Of a stretch of DNA of 64,000 nucleotides, positions 33,600-45,057 are shown in pieces. Source of the DNA: Psammoneis japonica (lineage: Eukaryota). The DNA is taken from the NCBI GenBank assembly GCA_008632985.1, contig QPGO01000031.1, forward strand, positions 62,001 to 126,000, given 5' to 3'. The notes under the pieces were generated by a model. That model did not search any database. It was not told the origin of the DNA and saw only the letters and a program-made list of their open reading frames with translations. Within the stretch, counting starts at the first letter, position 1. Every line of letters begins with the position of its first letter. The translations under genes were made by a program, and so were the position numbers.

Positions 33600-34140
33600 A
33601 CTGATGAATGATCATTGTCATCATTGAGCAAAGGACAATCCTTTCTTGCATGCCCAACCTTGTTGCATTTCCAGAATTTGATCTGCTCTTCTTCTTGTTT
33701 TGCACAAGACTCCTCACACCCTCAGGTTCTTGTTGGCTCCATGCATGTCCAACACCTGCAGTGCCTCCTTGGCTGAGTTGGGGCAATTGTCAACCACCCC
33801 CAGTGCAAACTGCCAATGTTGGTCTTTCAAGACATGCCGGTGTTCCTTGGTGCCCTCCATTGGCATTGCTGCTGACAATTTGTTTCTTTCTTTGTTCTGG
33901 GTGTCCTCAGCATCTGAGCTGAACACACCTTCTTCTTTCTTGGCAATTTGTTCTGGGGCAATCTGCCACGGGACATTTCCGCCATCTCAACAATGCTTGT
34001 GAGCCATTTGCAGCAAACTTGAACAAGCTTTTCTCTCCCTTGTTTTTGACAAATGAGTGCCAACTGCTTCCAAGCCTTGACTGGCTGAGCATGCAAGCAC
34101 ATCTTCCCATTTGCATTGAGGAACAAGATCAACTTGAAGC
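33600..34140 (-). pseudogene. possible LTR-retrotransposon gag fragment
   Basis: LKDQHWQFALGVVDNCPNSAKEALQVL resembles the G.D.YP.T...A..LL gag motif after Cys->Tyr reversion. Confidence 0.3.
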
Positions 34141-34149
34141 TGCAGTGTG

Positions 34150-36800
34150 TTGATGTCATGTCACAATCATCTGATCCAAGCTCAGTTGCAGTCAACAACC
34201 AATGCCAATGTGGCGACAAACCAGCACCATGTTCCCACTGAGGATGCCTGGAGCTGATCTGTGACAAAGAGATGTGCAAGCCTCTGAGGCACACCAGTGG
34301 GTGGCTCTCATGACTGCAATGTGCATCCTCACATTCACAAATCTGCAGACTTCCAAACAAGGCTTCTGCCATTCATCCAAGAGCTCAGCCACAATCAAAT
34401 GAAGCATTGCTTTGGCCTCTTTGCCTGGCAATCCATTGCATGACACTGCAAATGGAGCAGAGTGGTGTCTTTGCTCAAGGCATCGCTTGAGGTTGTTTGT
34501 GATTCACCAAAACCAGTTCCAGCAATTTGGACAGGCAAGACCTTGCACATCCGTGTCTGGTGCTCAACATCAATGGCTGTGTCTTTTGTTCTGTTCTGGC
34601 ATTTGCAAGCTGGCACATCTCCACTGTCACCATTTCTCAACTTGTTGAGATTTGCAGCGACACTCTGGGTTGGCCAGCCAACTGGTTTCCTGCTGTTGAA
34701 CTTCCTGGGGAGTGACCAGCATTGATGAGAGGTTGGTCATGTGCACAGGAAAGCTTGGCAACCTTGTGGCCAGTTGGCAGCTCAGCTCATCATGGATCTT
34801 GTCATGTTGCGAGATGACCAATCTGCCCTTCTTGCACTGAGTGGCATGTTGAATGGAGAGTTTGTGACCACATCCATCACAATGCTCAGGTGGGTGTCTT
34901 GTGAAGCAATGCCATGCCACAGGCAAAGTGCATCATCTCATGGAACTCCTCCTGACTCAAAAGGTCAGTGCCATTCAACAGCAGTGGGCACATGGACAGC
35001 CAGGCTCCAGTCTTGGCACTGTGTCCAACAGAAGGGGCTTTCATGTCTGAGAAAAGAGTTGTGAGAACAGTTTTTGAGGCTGTCTTCATGCATTTTTGCC
35101 TTTTGTTGTGCCACCTCCTGCTTTGCTTTGTACATTGTGTCCTTGTGGACCACTGAAGAGAAGCACAAATGTCCACAAAGTGAGTCAATCACAAAGCATG
35201 TGAGAGTGCTTGCTTTGCAGTTTTGCACCACAGACTTGGGGTTGGGTGAGGCACAGAGGTTCCTGAAAATTTGAATGGAAGAGAAGACAAGGCAATTGTT
35301 GGGTCATTGCCATCCACTGTCTCACCCATTGATGCAGGCAGAAATTGATGCTTGACCACAGCATCCTCAATCTCTGCAAAAAATTCACCACAGTCTTCAA
35401 CTGCACATTGGACATGCTGCCATTGGTGTCAGAGAGACTTCTGAAGGCCCACATGGGCTGTCCAAAAGTGATGAGAATCACAATTTTGGCAAGACCGCCG
35501 ACTGCCAAGGTCCACTTCTTGGACTTTCTTTAAGCCATTTGTTGTGCGCTTCTGTCTTCCACTTTGCCAATGAAGCTGCTGAGGCATCTGCTGTCGGACT
35601 CTGCTGAGAATCCCACCAGATCTCCAAAATGCTCCAAGTTGTTCTCCAGATTGCACTCTGGAATCTGGAATCAGTGCAAGAATGTTCTTGGAGGCATCTG
35701 TGGGGTGACACTCAAATCTGGGTCCAACCTTGTCTCACGGAGTCAAGAAAAGCTTTTGCACAATGTCAAATTTTCCTGCTGCAGCCAAGTCATTGGTGTG
35801 CCAAGGGGTGGGCACTTTGGAAGGCCTGGTTGATGAGCCACCGTGCAAAGTGGATTGCCTTGAGCAATGTCTTCCTTGCTGAGAAAATGTGCTGCCACGC
35901 CAAAGTGACATCAGGCAAGAAGAGTCAACTGGTGTTTGCAGGATGCCCAAGTGTGTCTTGCATTGTGCAACATCAGAGCCCTGCTGGCAGCTCCCAAAAG
36001 TCTGCCTGCTCCAGAAGTCTGCCCAAGTGCTTGGAATTGCATGCAAGTTCTCACAGTGTGTGCTTGTCTTGTCTGCAGCACCTTTTGTCTGCATGCAAGA
36101 ATCTGGTGCATTTTGTGCACAACAAATCCCAAAAAAGCAAAGAAATTTGTTGCAATTCCACCGCATGAATTCTGCTCATGAAATCATGTAGAAAAGCTGA
36201 TGGTTCATGAGATGCACTCAGCACAAGAATTGTGTGGAAGCTGTGTCCCAAAAGGGCAGACTTTTGGGGTGGGAATCAGTGCAAGTCCACAGGGCATCTA
36301 CATGATTTTGGAGTGAGCAGACTTTTGGGTGCTGCCAGCCTGCTCAGTTTGTTGAAGCTGTTGGGGGCATCAACAAAAAGAAAGCCACAGTCATCTTTGA
36401 ATTGCGCTGCTCCCAGAGCATGTTTGTTGCATGAGTTCCACATTTGATGCCCACTTTCAGAAAAAGCACATGACTGATCTGCACTCACGCTTCTCCAGCT
36501 GTGGCTCCAGCAACTGGGAGAATCACTTTGGCCGCTGCATGCTGCCAGACTTCTCCAATGTTGACCGGATGAATGCCCAGAGTTTTGTCCAGTGCTGGAA
36601 GTCTCTTTGCCATCAGTGCCTGGCAAGCAGACCATTGGGAGAGTTGTTTGCAAACCAATTTGTGAACTTGCACATCACTTTCCCAAGCAATCCGCTGGCT
36701 GATCTGAAAGTCCTCGATTTTCCAAGAGTCCTGCTTGAGGCAGGATCGTTGTTTGGCACCACATTTTTAAATGGCTCACAATTTTCCTGTTTTCCCGTGC
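34150..36800 (-). mobile_element. CRE-clade (restriction-like endonuclease) non-LTR retrotransposon, 5'-truncated and degenerate
   Basis: RT motifs RLPALDKTLGIHPVNIGEVW, FLFVDAPNSFNKLSR and PWHTNDLAAAGKFD (from WYADD). Zinc knuckle CDGCGHKLSIQHATQCKKG...QHDKIHDEL. RLE tail GKEAKAML...WQKPCLEVCRFVNVRMHIAVMRATHWC. Confidence 0.88.
35984..36338. mobile_element. 355-bp MITE with 22-bp TIRs and a 4-bp CCTG target-site duplication, inserted in the CRE RT
   Basis: cctg|ctggcagctcccaaaagtctgc ... gcagacttttgggtgctgccag|cctg (one mismatch). Removing it restores the frame NKLSR-ALMLHNARHTW. Confidence 0.88.
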
Positions 36801-37386
36801 TTCACCCGTGTCATTTTGCAATGCCTCTGAGCATCCCAAAACACTTGTGAGTGTGTTGAGCCCCCATCAGGGCTGGCAGACCCTTGTGTGAAGTGCGCTT
36901 GTTGACCTTCAAATGCCAATTGTTGGTTTTGGTGTGGTTGTTGTGTTCAACAAACCGCCATTTTTCACCAAAATCGGGCTGTGGCAGACAAGCCATGACT
37001 TTCCAGGAAACAAATGCCGACAATTGGCGTTTGACCGGCTGTGGACACATCTACAGACAAAGTTCGACCCATCGCTGAAAGCTTGTGTTTGGTGAACGCG
37101 TGTGATTTAGTGCGAGGAATCCGGGTTTTTAAATTGGCTGTGCCGCTCACGGTGGAGAATGTCTCGCTTGCTCTGTACCGAAAGAGCAGCACTGATCTAT
37201 TTTTCTGTCTGAAGTTGAAAACTGGGTAACACAATGATGTAGGTTCTCTTGCCTCTACATGCTGGTGCTTCACTCGTGGCTGTTCTAGTTAGGCATTATA
37301 TCACCCTCTCTATAGCCGTTGCAGAACCGGCCCCAATCTTTTCATAGTATGCAATTGAGTTTTCTCTACATCTGCTTGCCACGGTA

Positions 37387-39690
37387 TTAAAGTATAAGAT
37401 TCACATTGTATTTGAGATGGCCAGTCGCCTGTGCTTGTTTTCGTGCTTTGGAGGATAGGCCAGCACCGCTTATATCGATGCCTCCTTCAATGGCAGGCCA
37501 TTTTTCTGCAATGTGATGCACCAAGCGGGCCAACGAGTGATAGCCTTTGTCTGATATCAGGCTGTTCCCCAGGAAAACCACCTGTGCAATGGGAGGATAT
37601 TTTGCTTCGATGAGAATGTCGGCCAAAGCATGGCAGCCTTCATCACCAATGTTACAGAATGACAAGTTCAGGCAGACAAGACTAGGAAAGAGGGGTGCAA
37701 GCACAGTCACCGCTTCATCAGTCACGGTAGGATCATCATTGAGACCAAGCTCCTTGAGGTTTGGACCACCATCCCTATGACTAAGGACGTCGGCGATGAG
37801 CTGACTCCCATCAAGTCCAATTCTACAGCCTTCGATGTACAACTCACGAAGATTTGGACAGCAGTCCAGTGTGTTCACAAGGTCCTTCCAGTCGAACGCA
37901 TGACACGTGAGGCCATCCAGGTAAATTCTGAACTGCTGGAGATTGGGAACCAAGCCACGACGGATAATATCAGCGACCGCCGTCGCTTCGTCGAATTGCC
38001 CCACCTCCCAAGAAGTCTTAGATTCAAATAGTTCACGAAAATGCTTTGTATAAATCTCGACGACGATCCCTCCGTCTTTCTTGTTGGTAAACTGACGCAA
38101 CTTGAGTCTTTCTTCAAACAGGGCGGGCGAAAGAACACCCCCGATTTGACCAGTCCATGCACGGCCTCCTTCTTGCTCTTCCTCTTCACCCTCCTCTTCA
38201 TCATAATTTGGGTTTTCATGGCATTCTCCGTCGTGACCCTGTCCATAGTGAAGATCAATGATTTTTTCTTCCGAATGAGTGATTCTGGAATGCAGTCCAG
38301 CCCAGCATGATTCCGCAAAGGGCCATCCGCGATCGTCGTAGCCTTTTCGAGGTGATGATGCCTGCGACTTGTCATTCGTCGCTATTGTAGGAGGAAATTC
38401 GCGAATACGAAAGACTTGGATCAACTGGTGCGAATAGAGTTCGGGAAGGGCTGCCAGGCCTTGTTGGAAAAGTCCTTCTTCAGTTAGGCTTCTTTTCTGA
38501 TTGTTTTCGCCGTGTTGATGGAGAGAACACAAATCCCAAAACAAACCGACAGGGTAATCGATTGCCATTAATTTCTTTGATACGGCACGCAACGTATCAC
38601 CTTGCGGATCCGGATGATACTCCTCAAGCCACATGTAACTCAGCGCAATGATTGGCAGACTCGGCTGGCCTTTGGTGGCGAATGCCTTGAAGGCGGTGGC
38701 TCGCACAGTTTGTTCAAATGTAAGAAAGGCTTCCGGTGGTAGGTCTTGTCGCCGACGGACTATGCGTTGTTTGTTTGCACGGGACGACGATCCCGGAGAA
38801 GCCATCATCGCGTGTTGGACCAACCAACCATGATTCATTAGCGCAATCGCTCCACTACGCAAGGCTTGTTCCAATTTGCTTGACGATTGCCCCATCCTTT
38901 CTCTCCATTCTTGCAAGGCCTCTTCCCACGGTATTTCTGTCAGTATGGACATAGCTGCCTCTATCTTCTTTCGGAAAAATGCCAGTACTTGGTCGTCGTC
39001 GGGTTGAACGCCATATCGGCCCGTATGATATATTTGTTCTAGTTCGCGAGCTGCATCCCAACTGTGCCCATTGGCGGCTATTTTTAACAATCGCAAGCCT
39101 CGACGCCGTGGATCTGTGGTGTTCAAAAGGCGGTCGCGAAAGGCCGAACCAAGATACGTGCATCCTTCGCAATAAGCCATTCCTAATTCGTACACGGCCT
39201 CAACGTGTCCAAGTCGAGCCGCTGTGTGTAGGAGACGGAAGGCACGCTTGGGTCGCTGATCGCGAGTGGCACAGGCCAATTCATACAAACGATTGGCGTA
39301 GGCTGCATCGGATGATTCAAAGGACTGCCGATCGTCTCTCATGTGCAAAAAATCCTCTTGGTAGTAGTCGGGAAATTCTTTGTTGCCCATGTCAAATTTC
39401 GTAGTTTGCACTTTCATTTCGGTTTCGTCATCTTCGCTGGCCGGTAACCAGTCCATGTCGTCATCGTAGTTGCAATCGTCCGTCAAATTGGGGTAAAACA
39501 AACTTGGATGAGTTTCGGGTGTGATGACTGTGTTTGTGTATGTTGTTGTTGTTGTTGGTGTCGTCGTCGTCAACGCAGTCGGCGATGCCCTTGTTTTCTT
39601 GTTGGGCACTAATGAAAGGATTGATGCGTCGTCTTGGTTCACCCTCTTGTCCTTTGTTTTGATTCCTTGTCTAATGCTTTGAGTCGCCAT
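37387..39690 (-). CDS. Sel1-like repeat + HET/TIR-like central domain + RI-type leucine-rich-repeat protein
   Basis: Sel1 motifs AARLGHVEAVYELGMAY and AANGHSWDAAREL. Central motifs ALSYMW...HPDPQG, FWDLCSLHQ and YDDRGWPFAE. LRRs LRELYIEGCRIG, LKELGLND and LNLSFCNIGDEGCHALA. Confidence 0.85.
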   Translation of the reverse strand: MATQSIRQGIKTKDKRVNQDDASILSLVPNKKTRASPTALTTTTPTTTTTYTNTVITPETHPSLFYPNLTDDCNYDDDMDWLPASEDDETEMKVQTTKFDMGNKEFPDYYQEDFLHMRDDRQSFESSDAAYANRLYELACATRDQRPKRAFRLLHTAARLGHVEAVYELGMAYCEGCTYLGSAFRDRLLNTTDPRRRGLRLLKIAANGHSWDAARELEQIYHTGRYGVQPDDDQVLAFFRKKIEAAMSILTEIPWEEALQEWRERMGQSSSKLEQALRSGAIALMNHGWLVQHAMMASPGSSSRANKQRIVRRRQDLPPEAFLTFEQTVRATAFKAFATKGQPSLPIIALSYMWLEEYHPDPQGDTLRAVSKKLMAIDYPVGLFWDLCSLHQHGENNQKRSLTEEGLFQQGLAALPELYSHQLIQVFRIREFPPTIATNDKSQASSPRKGYDDRGWPFAESCWAGLHSRITHSEEKIIDLHYGQGHDGECHENPNYDEEEGEEEEQEGGRAWTGQIGGVLSPALFEERLKLRQFTNKKDGGIVVEIYTKHFRELFESKTSWEVGQFDEATAVADIIRRGLVPNLQQFRIYLDGLTCHAFDWKDLVNTLDCCPNLRELYIEGCRIGLDGSQLIADVLSHRDGGPNLKELGLNDDPTVTDEAVTVLAPLFPSLVCLNLSFCNIGDEGCHALADILIEAKYPPIAQVVFLGNSLISDKGYHSLARLVHHIAEKWPAIEGGIDISGAGLSSKARKQAQATGHLKYNVNLIL

Positions 39691-40181
39691 GATTTTTGGT
39701 GGCGAAAGCAGAGAGAAGAGTCCAAGCTCCCAACGACCCAGCGAAGAACGAAGAGCACAGACTGCAAACTCCAAACTGCAATTTTGTTTTTATGAAGAGG
39801 ACGTCTGTTATGAGATGGTTAAAGGAGGGTATCACATGGGGTCGATTCGACATGCTCATTCCCAACAAGCACTGGAAACGAAATTCGCGATCCCATCTTG
39901 AATCTCGCTTCCAGCTTCGGGTACTAAGTATCTTGCGCCAGAAATAACGTCCGTCCATATCCCGCACAGATTTTGGAGGATGGCGGACAGACGACGAGCG
40001 ATGGACGAAATAAAAAATGTAGGGCCCTGCCTACTGAAAAAAATGATGATGCTATTGTAATAATGATGCGGATGGAGAGAGCGGTATGAAAGGCCCTACA
40101 AGTAAAAGAAAACGCTGGACGGTGACAATCACGAAGCATTTTGGCGTAAGTTCTAAAGAAACCGACTGATCAGCTCTTTTT

Positions 40182-41802
40182 TTGTCGGAGAAGCGCAAGC
40201 TCAGATTGGCACGAGCTGAAATTCGCCAATTCAGAAATTCTAAGGCCTTAAAAAAGAAAAAAATGGATCCGTTTCCCTTTATCCCGACCCCGGAAGAACA
40301 ACGACGACGCCAAGCAATTGCTGAATTCAAACCCCGCGTGAAACGTCTATGGGATGGATCACATGAGCTTTGTACCTTATTTATGTCTGAAGGGGTGGTT
40401 GGGGAATTAGCCGGTATTTCTTCTTCTGGTGAAGCACCTTACGTCGATGAGCAAACCCTAAACAACAGATGGAAAATCGCTCTCAGAGCTCGTCAGGAAA
40501 GGAGAGCCATAAATTTTATGTCAAGCATTAACCTAACGATCGAGGACGCGTCGGTTTGGAAGACATTGAAAGCTCCCCCTCCCAGCTCTAACTTTCCTCG
40601 ATCCAAGAGCACACAGGATACGCCAGCCAAGGCCCTTCATAATCTGAACTTCACCAAGCCGCTCAAATCACTTCCAGAACAGCCGCCAGCACCTCGCTCA
40701 AAAGCCTCCCCAAATAGCATCCAGAACGAAGCTACGAGCAAAGAACACCTACAAAGGCCGGTACGTTGCACGGTCCATCACCACCTCCTGAAAGCTCGCG
40801 AAACGCAAACTCTACGAGTAAAGAAGCAACTGGGAAGATCGATATGCCGAAAACGCTGAAAGGTTCATCTCAAGCAGGAAGCCAGTTCCAGAAGCGACAG
40901 CCCCTCGCCAAAAGCTCCTCCTGAAAGATCCCAGACAACTGCACTGGCCGGTGCGACGAAAACTTTGAACGATCAACCCTCAGCGCTGAAGGTTCCTCCA
41001 GAGAAGACGCCACCTCGTTCGAAAGCGCCTATTGATAGCCTCCAGACGTTGACTGGTCCATCCGCAGCAGTGAAGCCAATTCCAGAAACGGCGACACTTC
41101 GTGCGAATGCTCCTTCCCAAAATGTATCATACACGAGCAAAGAAACTACTACCGGTAAGGAGGTCGGCACGCTGAAAACGTTCAGTGGCCCATTCTCGGT
41201 GGTGAAGAATCCCGCAGAAAAGGTACCACCTCGTTCGAAAACACCTTCTGAAAGCTCTCAAAACTTGAAATCTACTTCCAAAGAAAGAGTTACGAATGCC
41301 GGTATTTTAAAGTCGTTAAACGGTCCATCCTCGGCCGTGATGGATCTCGAAGAGGCACCTGCAATAGGAACATCTGCATTATTGAAGCGACCAGCTCAGA
41401 GTGAACCAAACTTGCAGCTGAGATCAGCTGCCCAAAACTTTGCAAAAAGACCACGGTCCAACCGCAGAAGGAAAGGTAAGCTTTGTCCACATTGGCGTGT
41501 TTTTATGCATCCTTTTGGCACTCCCTCCTTACTTTTCCTATTTTCACATGGTGAATCATCTATAAATACCAGTCGCATCAAAATCAGTACTTTCTAATTT
41601 GGCAACTGAAGCGGATCGATTGAAGCACGTAGTAGCCTCAGCAAAAAAAGAGAATATTGTTCAGAGAGAGCCTATTCGATGGGAGCTTCGGGGAATACCG
41701 ACTTCGAACTTCTCAAAACAAGAGCTGAAGAAAATGCCGGTTCTGTATGCTCGACGCGCCACTGAAAGCGACGAAGAAGATGAAACGTTTCTCCGATCCT
41801 AA
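40182..41802 (+). CDS. hypothetical Lys/Pro/Ser-rich protein with PRSK repeats; apparent frameshifts at about 40770-40920 and a probable intron from about 41477
   Basis: Consecutive same-strand ORFs (40182-40859, 40965-41597, 41599-41802). The first two share repeat motifs. AAAG|GTAAGC donor. Start uncertain. Confidence 0.5.
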
Positions 41803-42014
41803 CATAAGCTTTGTTGGCCAGGTTGACGATGTGGCTTCCTACTATTGGGATGGTTCGGGGAGGCAATTCGTCAAGGAAGCGTTTGTCTCGGATAGTATGG
41901 ATAGCGAGAAAGTGCATTACTGAGTAAATCCGACTGGCTGGATATTATTGGTTTGATGAGAAAAGGGGACGCGGAACGGCGGAGATTCTGCTTATGGGAG
42001 TTTCGTGTTAAAAA

Positions 42015-43182
42015 TTAGACCTCAGTGTCAGCTTTTGACACTTGTTTAGAGCCGCTCCATTCAGTAGGGGCGTCACGTTTCTTTTGTGACTCTGACCGAA
42101 TCTCGCCACCGGCCGCTATTGTCCCTGCGTTTTCAGCCCGATTCTCGTCATTGGACTCTGCCGTTTCTGAGGATGGGGCAATTTTCTTCTTCTTGCTCCC
42201 TACTAGCCTCTTCTTCAAAAACCTATAGATCTCACGCAAGGAGTATATCACATACAGAGCCAGCATCATAACCAAAATAAGGGAGAGCCAAGCACTGACG
42301 CTGACTCGTTTTAGAAATTCAAGCAATCGCTTCGATTCCACAGGCACAGAAACGCCGAACGCTGCCTCCACAGGATTCTCTTGAAGATTTCTTCCGTCGT
42401 CGCTTGTTACTCTGACAAGAGCAACCCCACTAATCAGCACATTGTCGCGCGGTCTTCCCATGAACGTTGGTTTGAAGAATTGCGAAGATAAGAGACGTGT
42501 TCGGATAGTAGTGACGTTGTTTGTGGGATCGTTCGTGACCCAAGTAACTTCGTTCCTCTCTCCGTCCGAAATTGCCTTGTCTTCATACGAGCCTTGAGAG
42601 AAAACAAGGTCCAAAATATCGATAATCTGTATCGACTGATCTCTCAAGAAGCAAATAAATAGTTCGTCTCGGCCGGCCATTTTATCGTCACCGACAATGC
42701 ACTTGTTTAGCACATTGCATCTGCAAGCATTTATCGTGAACCTATCTTCCTCGTTTGAGCTGAGTGGCAAGAATCTTCCACGAGCGTATTCGTTGACAAT
42801 GCTTGATTTCCTAAGATATCTAATTTCGTGGCATGGTGGGTCCGAAGCCTTGCGATGAAGGGGAGAGATTGAGACGTGATATCAAAAAGTGAGACGGGAA
42901 GTTTTTGGTTAGGCGGACTTCAACATGATGACGTCACCGTGACGAGTGGGAGACAGATAGACACGACTGACGACGAGGCGATCGAAAAACAACGAAACAT
43001 CCGAGAAACACGCCGACTGTGGGTGTGATCGGCATTTGAGCATTGCAATAGCCTTGCGACGATGATGGACGACAAGACAAGCTACTCACCATCAGCATCG
43101 TATCTCTGGAATGTTCAATGGAAATAGAGCATTGCAAGAACAACGCTAGAATCAAAGGGAAAAGAACCGTCGAGCCTGTCAT
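42015..43182 (-). CDS. type-I membrane or secreted protein of diatom type; exon structure uncertain
   Basis: Signal-like N-terminus at 43182 (MTGSTVLFPLILALFL). The 251-aa ORF has a Cys-containing beta-rich domain, an RNLQ motif and a TM helix (AWLSLILVMMLALYVIYSL). Confidence 0.6.
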
Positions 43183-43331
43183 CGCTATCTGATTTGTATG
43201 ACTTTGATTTTATGATGGCGCACAGTGAGCTCCGTACAAATTCACATGGGCTGAAAACGAGGCAAAAACATTGAAAACCTGTTCATCTAGAGTTGCGAGC
43301 CATCTTGATTCACTTCCGCCGTAGGTCATTC

Positions 43332-44788
43332 CTACGTTGTTGTGCTCTGACACGACGGACAACTCGATATCTCATCTTGATTGACACTCGCATCAAGAGC
43401 ATACACAAGTAACTCCGCTTCAGCAAGTAACTGTTGTCGTGTTTCATCAGAGCCTGTGACGGCATCACTGTATACAATATTTCGACGATCTCCTGCGGGA
43501 AGGGAGGCCAAAAAAATAATGAAAATGGCGTCGATTGTGTGAGCCTGGCATCTCGAACTTCGGGTAACCTCAGGATCATTCTGCCCTGGAAGCGACTGCA
43601 AAGATTGTGACATTAACTGCTTTATCAGTTTCAGCAAGTCTTTCGCGACAGGGTCAAGCTGCGAATCATCAGATCCATTCTCCGCTAGTGGATGCACAGC
43701 TTGCCACACCAACGAGGGATCTTTGCCGTCTCTGGTCCAAAACGAACGAGCCTCCTCCCAAGTAACTGGTTCTTCCTGTGCCCTTTGTCGATTCGATAAA
43801 TACTCTTTATACTCTCGTCTCACTGGATTTTGAATCTTTTTTGCTTTGAAAAGCACCGATTGAGGCGGAGTCTGGGGCTCATTTGTTTCATTTCCCCAGA
43901 AGGACAATAACACAAAGCCACGAGACTTTTTTGTCGCAGAGTCCACCGGTTGCATCGCTTTATACAGCAGTTCCAGTGAGACCCAATGTGGACCATACTT
44001 GAATCTAGCGGTATCCAGAATCAGTACCTGGTCTGAGGCCTTGTCATATGCTGCTATAGGTGAGAAATGGCCATCGCCAGTTTGTTTCAATACTTTTCGT
44101 GTATAAGATACAACCATGAAAGCTCGTTGTGGGCATGAATCGCGATCGCACCCACTCTCGACACAGGCACGTTCTACAGCGTCTCTAAACTCATCCAAGG
44201 AAACTTCAGAAGCCAAGAACGGCTCTACATGCAATCCTTGACAGCGCCCTAAACAAACGAATGTATTTAGAGTAATTCCCGTTGTTTTGACCTGAATATA
44301 GCATGAATTTCATCCGTGAGGAACAGCTTTAATGCAGAGGATACAGACGAGGGTGAGAGACGATGGAATTCAACCTGCACTCACCTGTTCTAGCGAAATG
44401 CAGCAGTTCAGCATCGATTCTTCGTACCAACGCCATGGTCCTTTCCATATTTTCCCCGGGTCTACCGAAAGTGCATTCAGAATAACAACAAGAGTGCTGA
44501 TGCCGCAATAAGCCGGCTCTGATTGAGTCGTGCTATTACCCACGCGAAGGAGAAACATCGCAGCGAAATCGGGACGTGAGTTCTTTGGACGATTATGCAC
44601 TTTCAAAAGACAAAGAAAAGCCCAACAAACACCTACAATTGTTCAATGAGAGGAAAAAACGATTTCAGCCCCTTGTTGGCCATTGACGATTCAAAAAACG
44701 CACGGCCTTTCTCTGAATTGAGTGCAACCGAAGTCTCGGGTAGAGCCCGACGGTAAAAGCTTCTTGGTGGTGACTTATTGGCGGCCAT
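43332..44788 (-). CDS. PCS: phytochelatin synthase; exons 44788-44637, 44532-44385 and 44291-43332
   Basis: [19 protein letters not shown] (Cys), [17 protein letters not shown] (His) and ILDTARFKY (Asp). Two in-frame GT-AG introns. Confidence 0.95.
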
Positions 44789-45057
44789 GTTGATGGCCAA
44801 ACTCGCAAGCACCGGCACTTGTGTTGTTAGAATGAGAACAGAGAAGAGAAACAAGGAACGAAATAGATACAGGCACCACCCTCCCTCTCCAGTCGTCATG
44901 GCTGTGAGCGCTGTGCTGTGCACACGAACATCACATCGCATCACCATCGTCCAATCGATCACGTCGGCCGGGCGGATGACAGATCGGAGCGCATCCGCGA
45001 CTGATCCGCGACCTCGTGCATTAGAGATAGTCGGGATCGTATGCTTTTTATTTATTT

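Larger units (their letters stand above)
30110..37050. mobile_element. nested, heavily degenerate transposon-derived block depleted of TpA and CpG
   Basis: About 7 kb with very few TA or CG dinucleotides and only broken Cys/His/Gln-rich ORFs. It contains an identifiable CRE LINE and a MITE. The part 30110-33600 is unidentified. Confidence 0.75.

Noticed and set aside
30116..33985. acgggacatt at about 30117 and 33968 as TIRs
   Set aside because: The copies are in the same orientation, only 10 bp long and have no TSD.
30162..36850. Many overlapping 60-270-aa ORFs as real genes
   Set aside because: TpA depletion removes TAA and TAG stops in all frames, so these Cys/His-rich ORFs are expected artefacts.
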